From the sequence record NZ_CP104589.1: a stretch of DNA of 64,000 nt. One strand, 5' to 3'. Source of the DNA: a plasmid. The notes below the pieces were generated by a model. The model was not told where the DNA came from. It ran no database searches and was given only the letters and a program-made list of their open reading frames with translations. Shown one piece after another: positions 48,496-58,485 of the stretch. Within the stretch, counting starts at the first letter, position 1. Each line of letters starts with the position of its first letter. The translations under genes and the position numbers were made by a program.

Positions 48496-49160
48496 CGGCT
48501 ACAGATTCAATGTTTACGGCTACAGATTCAATGTTTCATGCCTACAGATTCAATGTCATCGGCTACACATTCAATGCTACCGGCTACGGATTCAATGTGC
48601 CGTCCCCAGCTTGTCCACAGCCCGTCTAATCCGGGCCTATTACAGCCGGCCCCTCTTGTGCGCGTTTATTCTGCAAGATTCTTGTAGGTTTTAGGATTTT
48701 CGCCTCATGATCGCGCCAAGCTGCTGATTTGTAAGGTTTTTTTCCTTCTGGCCGTGAGGTGCTTGAAGTGAGCATAAAAGCTACAGATTCAATGCTGGGT
48801 TCGCCGCTTCCTGCCGACTAAAAGCTACAGATTCAATGCCGGAAGGCCTCGATCAGCCAGTCCAAAGGCTACAGATTCAATGCTCACTCCGGGCCAAAGA
48901 CCGCTTAAAGCTACAGATTCAATGCTGTCAGGGCCCGTTTCTACTCTAAAAGCTACAGATTCAATGTTCTCTGCAGTGACTGGTACCGGCAAAAGCTACA
49001 GATTCAATGCTGTGGAGGCGGCAATATGGGCAAAGGCTACGGATTCAATGTTGCGCCATATCCTCAGGCCGTCTATATCGGCTACACATTCAATGCTCAA
49101 GAATCGTTCGGAGCCTTAAAGCTACAGATTCAATGCTGGCGTTTGGGAATTCGGTTGCGC
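48496..49160. repeat. plasmid oriV iteron array: 5 tandem plus 9 spaced copies of about 20-bp iteron
   Basis: Core (A)AAGCTACAGATTCAATG(CT): tandem at 48496-48600 (21-bp period), then 9 copies at about 44-bp period 48779-49140; upstream AT-rich stretch 48415-48455. Confidence 0.75.
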
Positions 49161-49216
49161 CCCTTAGTATTCGTGGTGTTAGCTTGCCGGTCAGCTCCGG
49201 CGACAAGAAATTAGGG

Positions 49217-50044
49217 ATGGTGATAGTGATGAGTTCTGAAGAAGACGTTTTGCTCGCGGAAGGCAGCAATTCGCCTCTCGTGGTTTCCAAGCACAATGAT
49301 CTTGTCGGGGCATCCTACAAGCTCTCGGTCGCTGAGCAGCGCCTGATCCTTCTCGCGATCTCCAAGCTGGACTCCCGCAAACCCATGCCCACCGATGGCA
49401 TTGTTGTTTCGGCTGAAGACTTCATGGGCCGCTATACCGTCAGCAAGACGGATGCCTATAACCAGCTGCAGCATGCGGCCAAGTCGCTCTTCAATGCCAA
49501 GATCACATCCATAGAAGGCACCGGAAAGCGCCAAAAGGTTCATGACGTTCGCTGGGTGGAGCGTTGCTCGTATATCAAAGGGGAGGCCCGGGTGGAGCTG
49601 CTGTTCTCGACGACCATTCGGCCGTACCTGTCCAAGCTGATTGGCCACTACACCTCGTACGATCTCTGGCGTGTTTCCAGCATCGAATCCGCGTACACCT
49701 TCCGCCTGTTTGAGATGCTGATGCAGTTCAAGAGTCAGGGGTGGCTCTACATCACCATCGACGAGCTTCGGCACCGGCTGCAGCTGGGCGAGGCCTACGA
49801 GAAGTTCTCCAATCTACGCTCACGGGTCATCGACATGGCTGTCCGTGAGCTGAAAGCGAAGTGCAGCATGGAGGTCGAGTACGAGGTGGTGAAGGAGGGG
49901 AAAAAAGTCGTGGCCATCAAGTTCAACTTCAAGCTGCTCAACCAGATGACCCTTCAGTTCAAGCAGGGCGAATTTGTTGAAGATGCTGAGCCTGACCTGA
50001 ACGAGATCATTTATGCAGAAGTCGAACCCGTCTCTGAACAATAG
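49217..50044 (+). CDS. repA: Rep_3-family plasmid replication initiator RepA
   Basis: Immediately downstream of iterons; SYKLSVAEQRLILLAISKLD and overall architecture typical of iteron-binding Rep_3 proteins; start could also be 49229. Confidence 0.8.
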   Translation: MVIVMSSEEDVLLAEGSNSPLVVSKHNDLVGASYKLSVAEQRLILLAISKLDSRKPMPTDGIVVSAEDFMGRYTVSKTDAYNQLQHAAKSLFNAKITSIEGTGKRQKVHDVRWVERCSYIKGEARVELLFSTTIRPYLSKLIGHYTSYDLWRVSSIESAYTFRLFEMLMQFKSQGWLYITIDELRHRLQLGEAYEKFSNLRSRVIDMAVRELKAKCSMEVEYEVVKEGKKVVAIKFNFKLLNQMTLQFKQGEFVEDAEPDLNEIIYAEVEPVSEQ

Positions 50045-50088
50045 GCCTGCCCGCTCCCAGCCAGGGGAGCTTCCCGAGGAGATTTGCT

Positions 50089-50340
50089 ATGTCCCATTAC
50101 GATGTCGGCTGCTACGAATGCGGCGACCCAATGAATATTTTGCTCCCGTATACGAACCTCGACGGTGAGCAGCTATCCCTGATCAACCAAGGCCAGCCCT
50201 TCCCTGTCCGGAAGGAAAATATCTGCTCGGAAACGTCCCTCGACCAGGAGCAAAACCACGAGCTGGTTTTCCAGGGTCAAACAACCGACTACGAAGACTA
50301 CCGGTTGATTTGCGACAAATGCGGTAGCGAGTCCCCATAG
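50089..50340 (+). CDS. small zinc-ribbon protein
   Basis: 83 aa; CYECGD ... CDKCGS. Confidence 0.4.
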   Translation: MSHYDVGCYECGDPMNILLPYTNLDGEQLSLINQGQPFPVRKENICSETSLDQEQNHELVFQGQTTDYEDYRLICDKCGSESP

Positions 50341-50392
50341 CTGTAGCCACCCCTCGCCTCCCCTCCCCTTCCTTGGGTTTCCCTATGGTCGT

Positions 50393-51070
50393 GTGAGTCT
50401 GGTTGCATCCAACACCGGAGCGACCGCGATGATCACGACCAACACCAGCAGCAAAGACCTCGAAGACGTTGGCCTGCTGTTCCACTCGATCCTGCGCTAC
50501 GCCGAGGCTAATGCAGAGCGCCTAGATCGCTCGATCATTGCTATCGGCTACAGCACCCTGCTGAGAAACGCCGACCAAGCCTCCGGTTTCCTCGCACAGC
50601 TCCACGTTGAGTCCGGCGAAGAGTGGGACGGCTGCGTCTGGCTTGAGCGCCTTGAGGACATAAGCGAGGGCAGTCTGGCCCAGAAGCTCTATGCAGATGG
50701 CGTTGATGTCGAAAGCGCCGTGACTGACTGGCTCTCGCGATACCGCCCCAGCGCTCAATTCAAGGTGCCGGTTGAAGGGGAAGATACCGCGAGCCTGTAT
50801 CTGATGAACAAGCACGGCCACTACTTCAAGCTGAATTTGACGGCGCTGGAGGTAGACAAGGATCGCCTGCATGGCTGCACCTTCTACGAAAGCGAGGCGG
50901 CTTTGCTGGAGGCTGTATGCCGTTTGACCGGCTGCGACCTCGACGAGGTATCGGGCAGCACTTCTTATGTCGCCCTGCGCAACGGAGAGCCCACGATATT
51001 CGACGCACGCGGCATCGGTGAGGCGATTGAAGGTCCTGTCGAAGATTGCATCGTTGAGTATGAAGTTTGA
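50393..51070 (+). CDS. hypothetical protein (GTG start; alternative ATG 50429)
   Basis: About 213-225 aa. Confidence 0.45.
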   Translation: MSLVASNTGATAMITTNTSSKDLEDVGLLFHSILRYAEANAERLDRSIIAIGYSTLLRNADQASGFLAQLHVESGEEWDGCVWLERLEDISEGSLAQKLYADGVDVESAVTDWLSRYRPSAQFKVPVEGEDTASLYLMNKHGHYFKLNLTALEVDKDRLHGCTFYESEAALLEAVCRLTGCDLDEVSGSTSYVALRNGEPTIFDARGIGEAIEGPVEDCIVEYEV

Positions 51071-51252
51071 GCCACCCAGCCGTGATGCAGCCGCCCGAGC
51101 GGAGCGGGATCTGGTTGCTGCAGGCGTGATCAAGTGAGGAGGAAATTTTCTCCTGCAATTCCCTTTGCCGGCCAGCTCCCATGGCCGGTCAGCGCTTGGG
51201 ATTCTCCAGAGCAGTGAGAGGCTGAAGGCATCACCAAGGAGGCGATGCCACT

Positions 51253-52983
51253 ATGCAAACCCAGTCCCACCATCACGAGCCTACCCCGATCATCCAAGGC
51301 GAGATTCTCGACCAGTTCTATGCCCCCGTTCAGTTCGACGCCCTGATGCTGCTTGTGAGCGAGTTCGAGCGCTTGCGCAGCCGCATCATCGAAGTGCATG
51401 GCATCGTGAGCCAAGAGCGGGTCAGTGGGGTGATGGACTATTTCTTCAATGGCAATGGCTCAGACCAATATGGCCACAGTGCATTGTTGCGGCACCTCAA
51501 TTCCTTCACCGAGATTTTCAACCTGGATGGTGCCCTCAACGAATTGACGGCCACCTTCTGGGATCGCGCTCTGCGCCAAACAGACCTGATGGAATACATG
51601 CCACAGGCCCGGCGTACCCAGTGGCACGAGACGCTAAATGCCTGGCGTGCTCACGGCTACAAGCGAGGGGAAAATCCTGAGCTCGATATGCCTGAATTTA
51701 CCCTCGACACCCTCCGCGCCACAGTACAAAGCCTCATGGCACGCCGGGCAGAATTCCTCTCGGAGCGGGTGGACGGGATATTCCGCGGCCTGAGCCGCCA
51801 GCACGTCACGAACGTGCCCGAGGGCTTTGGCAAGCGCATGATCATGTCGGGGGTCTACAGCGAGTGGGGCTCAACCTGCAGCAGCCGTGAAGGCGTTGTG
51901 CATGACCTCAGAATGGTGATCGCCAAGTTCATGGGCCGCGATGACCCGTGCCGAGGCTCCACCGGCCAGTTGCTTAGAACCGCCCGTGCCGCCCGGGGTG
52001 AGTGGATCGAGGCCGATGGCGGTGCTATTCGGGTGAGGGCTTACAAGGTCGGTACCGCCCACCTGGAGGTACACCCGGACATGGCCTACCGTCTGAACAT
52101 GGTGCTGGCCTACCTGCACCCTGCAGCCATTCCTGAGTCATTCCGCACACGCCCCAAGCGAGCCAAGGCCTGCGGCTTCAAGAGCAAGGCATTGTTCGAG
52201 CGTCCATTCTCGAATGCCGTGGGCGCGGTGCTGGCCGGCATGGGCCAGTTCAAGAAGATGGTCAAATCGCAGTCCTTCCGGAACCCATACGACTACATCC
52301 CAGTAAAAAATGCGGTCGCGGCCTCCTACCAGAGCAAGGAAACCAGCAAGCACCTGCTTGCCGAGGTGAACACAGTGATGGAGGCCCTGGGAGGCGTCCT
52401 CACCACCTGCAGCGAGAATCCTCGGTTCACCTACTGGCAGTTCGACTATGACGCTCTCGATCTGGTGCATGAGGTTGGGGTTCTCGGGTATATCCCGGAT
52501 CACCGCTCACATCAGTATTACCCCACTCCGGAGCCCGCGGCCCAGCAGCTGGTTGAATGGCTCGATATTTCCCTGCTCGACACGATCTGTGAGCCTTCTG
52601 CGGGTCAGGGTGGAATCGCTGACCTGCTGCCAAAGGATCGAACCCGTTGCGTCGAGATCAGCGCCCTGCACTGCGACATCTTGCGCAAGAAGGGCCACAA
52701 CGTAACCGAGGCGGACTTTTTGTCCTGGAATCCCGGCCCGGATCTGTTCTCTGTGATCGCAATGAACCCGCCGTTCAGCGAAGGCCGCTGGCAGGCGCAC
52801 CTCAAGCACGCCAGCACCCTGCTGGCGGACAAGGGCCGCATCGGCGCTGTGCTGCCAATGAGCGCCAAGCGTGCTGCTGCAGAGCTGCTGCCGGGCTTCG
52901 ATCTGGAGTTCTCCGAGCCAATCGATAATGCATTCGCCGGTACCACGATCAGCGTGGTGCTGCTCAAGGCCATAAAGCGCTAA
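51253..52983 (+). CDS. fusion protein: about 400-aa unknown N-domain plus compact C-terminal gamma-class N6-adenine DNA methyltransferase domain
   Basis: C-terminal YPTPEPAAQQLVEW, motif I ICEPSAGQGGI, motif IV VIAMNPPF; no adjacent restriction gene. Confidence 0.7.
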   Translation: MQTQSHHHEPTPIIQGEILDQFYAPVQFDALMLLVSEFERLRSRIIEVHGIVSQERVSGVMDYFFNGNGSDQYGHSALLRHLNSFTEIFNLDGALNELTATFWDRALRQTDLMEYMPQARRTQWHETLNAWRAHGYKRGENPELDMPEFTLDTLRATVQSLMARRAEFLSERVDGIFRGLSRQHVTNVPEGFGKRMIMSGVYSEWGSTCSSREGVVHDLRMVIAKFMGRDDPCRGSTGQLLRTARAARGEWIEADGGAIRVRAYKVGTAHLEVHPDMAYRLNMVLAYLHPAAIPESFRTRPKRAKACGFKSKALFERPFSNAVGAVLAGMGQFKKMVKSQSFRNPYDYIPVKNAVAASYQSKETSKHLLAEVNTVMEALGGVLTTCSENPRFTYWQFDYDALDLVHEVGVLGYIPDHRSHQYYPTPEPAAQQLVEWLDISLLDTICEPSAGQGGIADLLPKDRTRCVEISALHCDILRKKGHNVTEADFLSWNPGPDLFSVIAMNPPFSEGRWQAHLKHASTLLADKGRIGAVLPMSAKRAAAELLPGFDLEFSEPIDNAFAGTTISVVLLKAIKR

Positions 52984-53095
52984 AGCTTGGGATTCCAGGG
53001 TTTGCATTCAGGCTTGCTTGCAAGGATCTGGTCAGATAACGACGCACAGCGCCGCCTCTGGCCGGTACCCTCCCCTATCAGCAAAGGAGAACCCC

Positions 53096-53500
53096 ATGAC
53101 TCAATCCGATATTCTTGCTATGCCGGCTGACGACTACATGAACGAGGCCCAACTGGCCTTTTTTGAGTGCCTGCTGCGCGAGAAGCTGGCCGAGACAGTG
53201 GCGTCCATAGAGTCGGCACGCAAGACCATCGCAGACCTTGGCGTTGCCCCTGATGAGGTCGACCAGGCATCAATCGAAGAAGAGCGGGTGGCGCTGTCGC
53301 GCTCACTGGAGAGGCTCAACCAGCAGGTGCAGAGCATCAAGCATTCGCTGAAGTCGATAAGCGATGAAAGCTACGGGTATTGCGAAGAAACAGGCGAAGA
53401 GATCGGGCTGCAGCGTCTGCTGGCCCAGCCTACTGCGCGATTCTCGGTAGCGGCGCAAAGCCAAAAAGAGCTTATTGCGCGTCATTATTTAGCGGCATAA
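53096..53500 (+). CDS. DksA/TraR-family C4 zinc-finger protein
   Basis: 134 aa; coiled-coil N-part and C-terminal CxxC...CxxC-like finger (SYGYCEETGEEIGLQRL). Confidence 0.65.
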   Translation: MTQSDILAMPADDYMNEAQLAFFECLLREKLAETVASIESARKTIADLGVAPDEVDQASIEEERVALSRSLERLNQQVQSIKHSLKSISDESYGYCEETGEEIGLQRLLAQPTARFSVAAQSQKELIARHYLAA

Positions 53501-53510
53501 GGAGATTTAA

Positions 53511-54057
53511 GGTGGATGCAGAAAAAGCAAGGGAATTGATGCCATCAAGCGGACGTTACGGTAAAGAAGCCTTACTTAAAGATATCGAAGAGCGCATAAG
53601 GAAAGCAGCGCAAGAAGGTGCATCAAGCATCTGGCTGTCTCGTGTGCATGGATATCACGGGCAAAAGGATGGCACTTTCGGGGAAGTTTTTGCGGCGCTT
53701 ACACAGAAAGGCTTTCACTTGGTTGATGATACCTTTTCAGGCGCACCGGCTATGCGTATCTATTGGGCGTACCAACCACCAATTCAATATAAATCAGAGC
53801 ACATTCCCGCAACACTGAAGCAGCGTTTTGTTACAGCTTGCTTTGTTATGATTGGCGGGCTTGTATTCTCTACCCTCGCATCGTTTCTGGTCGCGTCTGT
53901 ATCTACCGTATTTCCAATATCCAATATGGTCGCTCCGGCCACGATCTTTACTGGCTTTATGCTGGTTTGTTCCGCTATTACTTGCGCTTCAGCAATCGCC
54001 GCGTTCAGAGACGACTCTGGTACAACGAAGTTCACAAGGATTGATCCCTCTTTATGA
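53511..54057 (+). CDS. hypothetical membrane protein (low GC)
   Basis: GTG start after AAGGAG; C-terminal TM helices. Confidence 0.4.
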
Positions 54058-54431
54058 AGAAGCATCTGATTCTTCTGTTGATATGGTTGCTGCTAAGCCT
54101 CGTATTGATCACATCCATAAAATTAAGCGGTGTGCCGCTTGAAGTCCTGGCGTACCTTACTGCAGCGGCGCTGGCATTCCCGCCAAGCGCCCTAATCTAC
54201 TGGCTTGCACGACTTCCAGAAGACCGGTACATAGCATTTCTAGCGTGGGCTTCGATATTCATAACTACGACTTCAGGCTTTGCAATCATTGGGGCTCTTA
54301 TCGGCTGGGGCGTATCAGAGTTTATCCCTGGCATTGAGCTTTCATCGTTCTTTACTTGCGGCGCGATTGTCGGTCTTTCTATATCAGTACATGAGTTTTT
54401 CTCAGGAAAAAACAAAGCCGTGAAGATATAG
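54054..54431 (+). CDS. hypothetical membrane protein (low GC)
   Basis: 125 aa, 4 TM helices; ATGA overlap with previous. Confidence 0.45.
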   Translation: MKKHLILLLIWLLLSLVLITSIKLSGVPLEVLAYLTAAALAFPPSALIYWLARLPEDRYIAFLAWASIFITTTSGFAIIGALIGWGVSEFIPGIELSSFFTCGAIVGLSISVHEFFSGKNKAVKI

Positions 54432-54547
54432 CGATCCTCTATCCATAATGAAATGCCGCCCAGTGCGGCATTCTTTTGCCCAGGCGCAATGCTTGGGTAT
54501 TTCTAACATCATGTAACGATGCCTTTATGAAAGTAGAGGCAGGCATC

Positions 54548-55294
54548 ATGTCAGAAGTTATAAATCATCGCCCTATCAGCAAATCCCACAACCTGCTCTA
54601 TGTCGAGTACGGGGCCAATTCCCTCGGACGAGACTTTCTTGTGGGTGATGTCCACGGCGAGCATGACGTACTTATGGAGCTGCTTGAGTTGGTCGGATTC
54701 CGTTTTGGATACGACCGCTTATTTATGGCTGGCGATCTGGTTGATCGCGGCCCTAAGCCGCTTTCTGTACTTGGCCTGTTGCGCAATGATGGTGTTATAG
54801 CCGTTAAAGGGAATCACGATCAATGGTGTGTAGAGGCCGGGTTTGTTGGGGAGCCTGCCGGCCATCGCCGTTATGGCGGTGAGTGGTTTTATCAACTTGA
54901 GCAATTAGAGCAACAAGCCGTTGCCTTCTTCCTTAATCAACTTCCTGTTGCCCTCTCCTTCATTGGCCCGTGCGGAAATAAGTTTGGTGTGGTTCATGCC
55001 GAAGTTCCATCCAGCTCCTGGGACTGGTTTTGCGAGGGGCTGCGCGGCGACTACGGCCAGGCGTTCTGCGAGCGCTATGTCACCGAAGCGCTCTGGAGAC
55101 GCACCCGGTATGAGGAGAAACAGACTCATCCGGTCAGTGGAGTGGAGAAGGTTTTCGTCGGCCATACCGTGGTCGATGAAGTGACCGAGCTGGGCAATGT
55201 GGTGTACCTGGACACCGGCGGCTGTTTCGACGATGGACGATTGACCCTGGTTGAGCTGCAGTCGGCCGGCGGATACCTCATCCACCAGCTCTAA
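54548..55294 (+). CDS. PPP-family Ser/Thr protein phosphatase (lambda-PPase/PrpA-like)
   Basis: GDVHG, GDLVDRG, GNHD metallophosphoesterase motifs in canonical order. Confidence 0.75.
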   Translation: MSEVINHRPISKSHNLLYVEYGANSLGRDFLVGDVHGEHDVLMELLELVGFRFGYDRLFMAGDLVDRGPKPLSVLGLLRNDGVIAVKGNHDQWCVEAGFVGEPAGHRRYGGEWFYQLEQLEQQAVAFFLNQLPVALSFIGPCGNKFGVVHAEVPSSSWDWFCEGLRGDYGQAFCERYVTEALWRRTRYEEKQTHPVSGVEKVFVGHTVVDEVTELGNVVYLDTGGCFDDGRLTLVELQSAGGYLIHQL

Positions 55295-55457
55295 CTGTGG
55301 GAGAGGCTGTGGGACGGATCATGCTGGCTGTATCAATATCCAGCATCTACAATGCCTACAGCCAATATGTACACAGATAGATTATCTGTGTACATCAGCT
55401 GAAATTTCATGCCTCGTGCGGCCGAATACCCGCACGAACAAAAGTTATGGATCGTCA

Positions 55458-55778
55458 ATGAGCAAAAACCTGATCGACGCCCTCAAGCACGCTTCTGAAG
55501 GCAATCCGCCTCATGCAGATTTGCTGCTGCAGGCGGCTGAGGCTCTTTCACTTCAGGCCACCGAGCGCGAATTGCTCGTGCGCCAAATTTCGCGTCAGCG
55601 TCAGCTGATCATTGATGATCGGTCACTGATCACCGAGATGGAGCCTGTGCTGGCAGATGCCCGCGAGTTCCTCCGTCAGCATGGGCAAAACGTACTGGTC
55701 AACCGAGCCAGCGAATGCTTGCGTCATTACGATGCTTCGCTGGGCATCAAGCCGGAAAAGGCAGGTGAGCGAGCATGA
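55458..55778 (+). CDS. hypothetical protein
   Basis: 106 aa; preceded by 28-bp palindrome TGTACACAGATAGATTATCTGTGTACA. Confidence 0.4.
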   Translation: MSKNLIDALKHASEGNPPHADLLLQAAEALSLQATERELLVRQISRQRQLIIDDRSLITEMEPVLADAREFLRQHGQNVLVNRASECLRHYDASLGIKPEKAGERA

Positions 55779-56164
55779 GTTATTTCGCGTGGAAAACGAT
55801 TGGTGCCGACCGGGCTATTCGAGCAGTCGAGGCAGGCGCTGAAGTATGGGCTCTCCCAGCCGGTGGGTTTTTCTCGGGGGGGCATACCTACACCCACGGA
55901 CTCATGACCAAGCGCGGAACGTGCTACGTAGTCAGCAAAATGGTCATGCGTGCTGTCGAGAGCGCCCAGGCTTTGAAGTCTGATAAAGAGAACGCCCCAG
56001 ATCAGGAGCGCTGGCCCCGGGCCAACCCCAAGCTGCTGGAGTCATTCGACCCAGCCACAAAGGTCTGCACCATGAACTGCGGACCACACGTCGACGACCC
56101 GCGCAGCATCGCAGAGCGAAAACTGCTCTGCACTGACTGTGATCTACGGAGTATTCAAGAATGA
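55775..56164 (+). CDS. hypothetical protein
   Basis: 129 aa; overlapping start. Confidence 0.4.
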   Translation: MSYFAWKTIGADRAIRAVEAGAEVWALPAGGFFSGGHTYTHGLMTKRGTCYVVSKMVMRAVESAQALKSDKENAPDQERWPRANPKLLESFDPATKVCTMNCGPHVDDPRSIAERKLLCTDCDLRSIQE

Positions 56165-56394
56165 GCACTACCTTTACCACCCTACCCGGCCTCCCCTCAG
56201 CATGCACTGACTGCGGTAGCGCTTCGCTGTTCTGGCAAGCCGGTAATATCGTCAAAAACGGTGTCCAGGACGGCCGGCTAAAGCTCAACGAGGTTCAATG
56301 CCAGTTCGTACTCGGGTGCGAGCGATGCTCTGAAACCTTGGCCGTGGTAAGTGCCGACCGTATGGCCGATATGCTGAATGGCGCTAAGGACTGA
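56161..56394 (+). CDS. hypothetical Cys-containing small protein
   Basis: 77 aa; CTDCGS...CERCS. Confidence 0.35.
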   Translation: MSTTFTTLPGLPSACTDCGSASLFWQAGNIVKNGVQDGRLKLNEVQCQFVLGCERCSETLAVVSADRMADMLNGAKD

Positions 56395-56405
56395 AGGAAC
56401 CCCAA

Positions 56406-56912
56406 ATGACCCAGAAGGCCTCCATCTTGATCAGTTCCGAACCACTCAAGCCCTACCTTGATGCTGTCGAGCTGGCAGAGAAGAAGTGGGAAGCTGTAGG
56501 TGCTGCCTATGACGCAGCTCCGGCCGGGGAAAAAGGAAGTTATGCAGAACGGTTTCAGGATGCTGAGAGGGCCTATAACTCGGCATGCGTCCAGCTGGCG
56601 AGGTTCGTGGCGAGCGAGGTAGATGAAGCAAGGTCAGCTGAGCTGAAATCGTCAGCAGCATTGGTTCGCCCTGATCCAAAAATCTACAGCGCCAAGCTGA
56701 CGCAGGGGCAGAACGCTGCACTGGCCCGTTATGAGGCAATCTGTGGCCTTGAACCGGTGGATCTGGAGGCGTTTGATACCGGCCAAATCACCGCTTACGA
56801 GCTGTGGCAGAACAACCTGTTCCTATTGGAAAGCGTGCTGGGTGATGTCCAGAAAACTCACTTTCCAGTACCGCAGGAAGAGTCCATGGCCGCATGGGCC
56901 AAGGACGAATGA
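56406..56912 (+). CDS. hypothetical protein
   Basis: 168 aa. Confidence 0.45.
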   Translation: MTQKASILISSEPLKPYLDAVELAEKKWEAVGAAYDAAPAGEKGSYAERFQDAERAYNSACVQLARFVASEVDEARSAELKSSAALVRPDPKIYSAKLTQGQNAALARYEAICGLEPVDLEAFDTGQITAYELWQNNLFLLESVLGDVQKTHFPVPQEESMAAWAKDE

Positions 56913-57238
56913 GCACCCATATGCAGAAAATTCCGGCTGGAGAAGGCCCGATGAGTGATGAAGCACAATGCGCGAGGTCCACTATGAGTCAGTTGGAACA
57001 GACCATCGTAGATCGCGCCAGAGCCCACCTGGCCGGCGTGAATGTCTTCTACATCCGAGCCAAAGCCGGTACCGCCGAAGAGGTAGATCGCCGGGGCTAT
57101 GAACGCGACCATGCGGCCATGAATGCACTACTGGAGCTGGGCCACTGGCGTGACAGCGGCATGAGTGAAGCAGGCCGCAGTGCCCTGCTCGCAGTCGAGG
57201 TCGAGGCTGCCGTTGCCCTTCGGGACTACTGCTCTTAA
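56909..57238 (+). CDS. hypothetical protein
   Basis: ATGA overlap with previous gene. Confidence 0.4.
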   Translation: MSTHMQKIPAGEGPMSDEAQCARSTMSQLEQTIVDRARAHLAGVNVFYIRAKAGTAEEVDRRGYERDHAAMNALLELGHWRDSGMSEAGRSALLAVEVEAAVALRDYCS

Positions 57239-57294
57239 CGCTCTAGTCAGCTCCCTGTCCCTCCCCTCCAGCACCACCTTCCAGAAGGTATCTG

Positions 57295-58485
57295 ATGTCG
57301 AAACTCACCCCCAAATTCGTCAAGGAAGAATCCCAGCCAGGGGTATACCAGGACGGGCGAGGCCTGATCCTCCGAATCGCGGATACCGGCCGCAAGAGCT
57401 GGATATTCCGCTATTCCTTCCAAGGGAGCAGGCATGACCTGGCCCTGGGCACCTACCCTGCCCTTTCCCTACGCGATGCGCGCCTGGCAGCCGACAAGGA
57501 GCGGGTGACGATTTCCAGGGGAGAAAATCCGCTGGCAATCCGCCAGGCTCAAAGGGGTGAGGCGACATCCAAGCGGCAATCGGCCAAGAGCTTCAAGGCA
57601 GTGGCAGAGCAGTTCATCAAGACCCACGCGCCTACCTGGAGCACAGGCTATGCCCGGGACTGGCGGTCGAGCATGCTGAACCATGTCTACCCTGTGATCG
57701 GTAAGTTGCCTCCGGCCGATATCGACACAGCGATGGTGCTGCGCGTCCTGGAGCCGATCTGGCTGACCATACCAACCACCGCTCAGCGCGTGCGGAATCG
57801 GATAGAGCTGGTACTGGATGCGGCCAAGGCGAAGGGTATGCGTGATGGTGAGAACCCGGCCCGGTGGCGGGGCCACCTGGATAAGCTGCTGCCACGGCAA
57901 CCAAAGAGCAAGGTGCCCTTCCCCGCTATTGAGTGGAATCGGGCCCCCGCGGTCTACAGGGAAATTTCCTCCCTGGATGGGGTGTCAGCCCGGGCACTGG
58001 AGTTCCTGATGCTCACAGCATGTCGCAGCAAAGAGGTTCGCCTGGCCCAGTGGGATGAGATCGACCTGGAGGAGCGGATTTGGACGGTACCGGCGTCACG
58101 GATGAAGAATGGCAAGATCCATCGGGTACCACTGACAGAGGCCATGGTCAGCGTCATTGAGTCAGTTCGAGGGATTCATCCGCGCTGGCTGTTCAAGAAA
58201 ACTTCGGGCGGTGGCCCGATCCCCGCGAATGCGCTGAGTCGTGTGCTTGAGCGCATAGACCTGGAGCAAGCAGTGCCCCATGGATTCAGGTCGACCTTTC
58301 GCACCTGGGCGGCTGAAGCGACTGACTTTCAGCGGGATGTTTGCGAGGTGGCCTTGGCTCATACCCTGCCTGACAAGGTAGAGGCCAGCTACAATCGTGC
58401 GGAATTTCTTGGCAAACGCCGTGCCCTGATGGAGGCCTGGTCAGGTTTCCTGGTACCCGCAGTACAGTGCAGCCAGGCCGCTTAG
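57295..58485 (+). CDS. int: P4-type tyrosine integrase (arm-binding N-domain plus catalytic domain)
   Basis: 396 aa; N-terminal GLILRIADTGRKSWIFRY (DUF4102-like), catalytic HGFRSTFRTWAAE and LAHTL...Y. Confidence 0.85.
   Translation: MSKLTPKFVKEESQPGVYQDGRGLILRIADTGRKSWIFRYSFQGSRHDLALGTYPALSLRDARLAADKERVTISRGENPLAIRQAQRGEATSKRQSAKSFKAVAEQFIKTHAPTWSTGYARDWRSSMLNHVYPVIGKLPPADIDTAMVLRVLEPIWLTIPTTAQRVRNRIELVLDAAKAKGMRDGENPARWRGHLDKLLPRQPKSKVPFPAIEWNRAPAVYREISSLDGVSARALEFLMLTACRSKEVRLAQWDEIDLEERIWTVPASRMKNGKIHRVPLTEAMVSVIESVRGIHPRWLFKKTSGGGPIPANALSRVLERIDLEQAVPHGFRSTFRTWAAEATDFQRDVCEVALAHTLPDKVEASYNRAEFLGKRRALMEAWSGFLVPAVQCSQAA

Noticed and set aside
48217-48687. 156-aa plus ORF
   Set aside because: Runs through the AT-rich DUE and tandem iterons of the origin; translation is repeat-driven (for example SATHSMLPATDSM).
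48779-49140. CRISPR-like array (about 20-bp repeats, about 22-bp spacers)
   Set aside because: Repeats are the same iteron core as the adjacent tandem set and sit directly upstream of a Rep_3 repA. No cas genes; repeat too short. Interpreted as oriV iterons.
49211-49774. 187-aa minus-strand ORF
   Set aside because: Antisense to repA; no RBS; the repA frame has clear family motifs.
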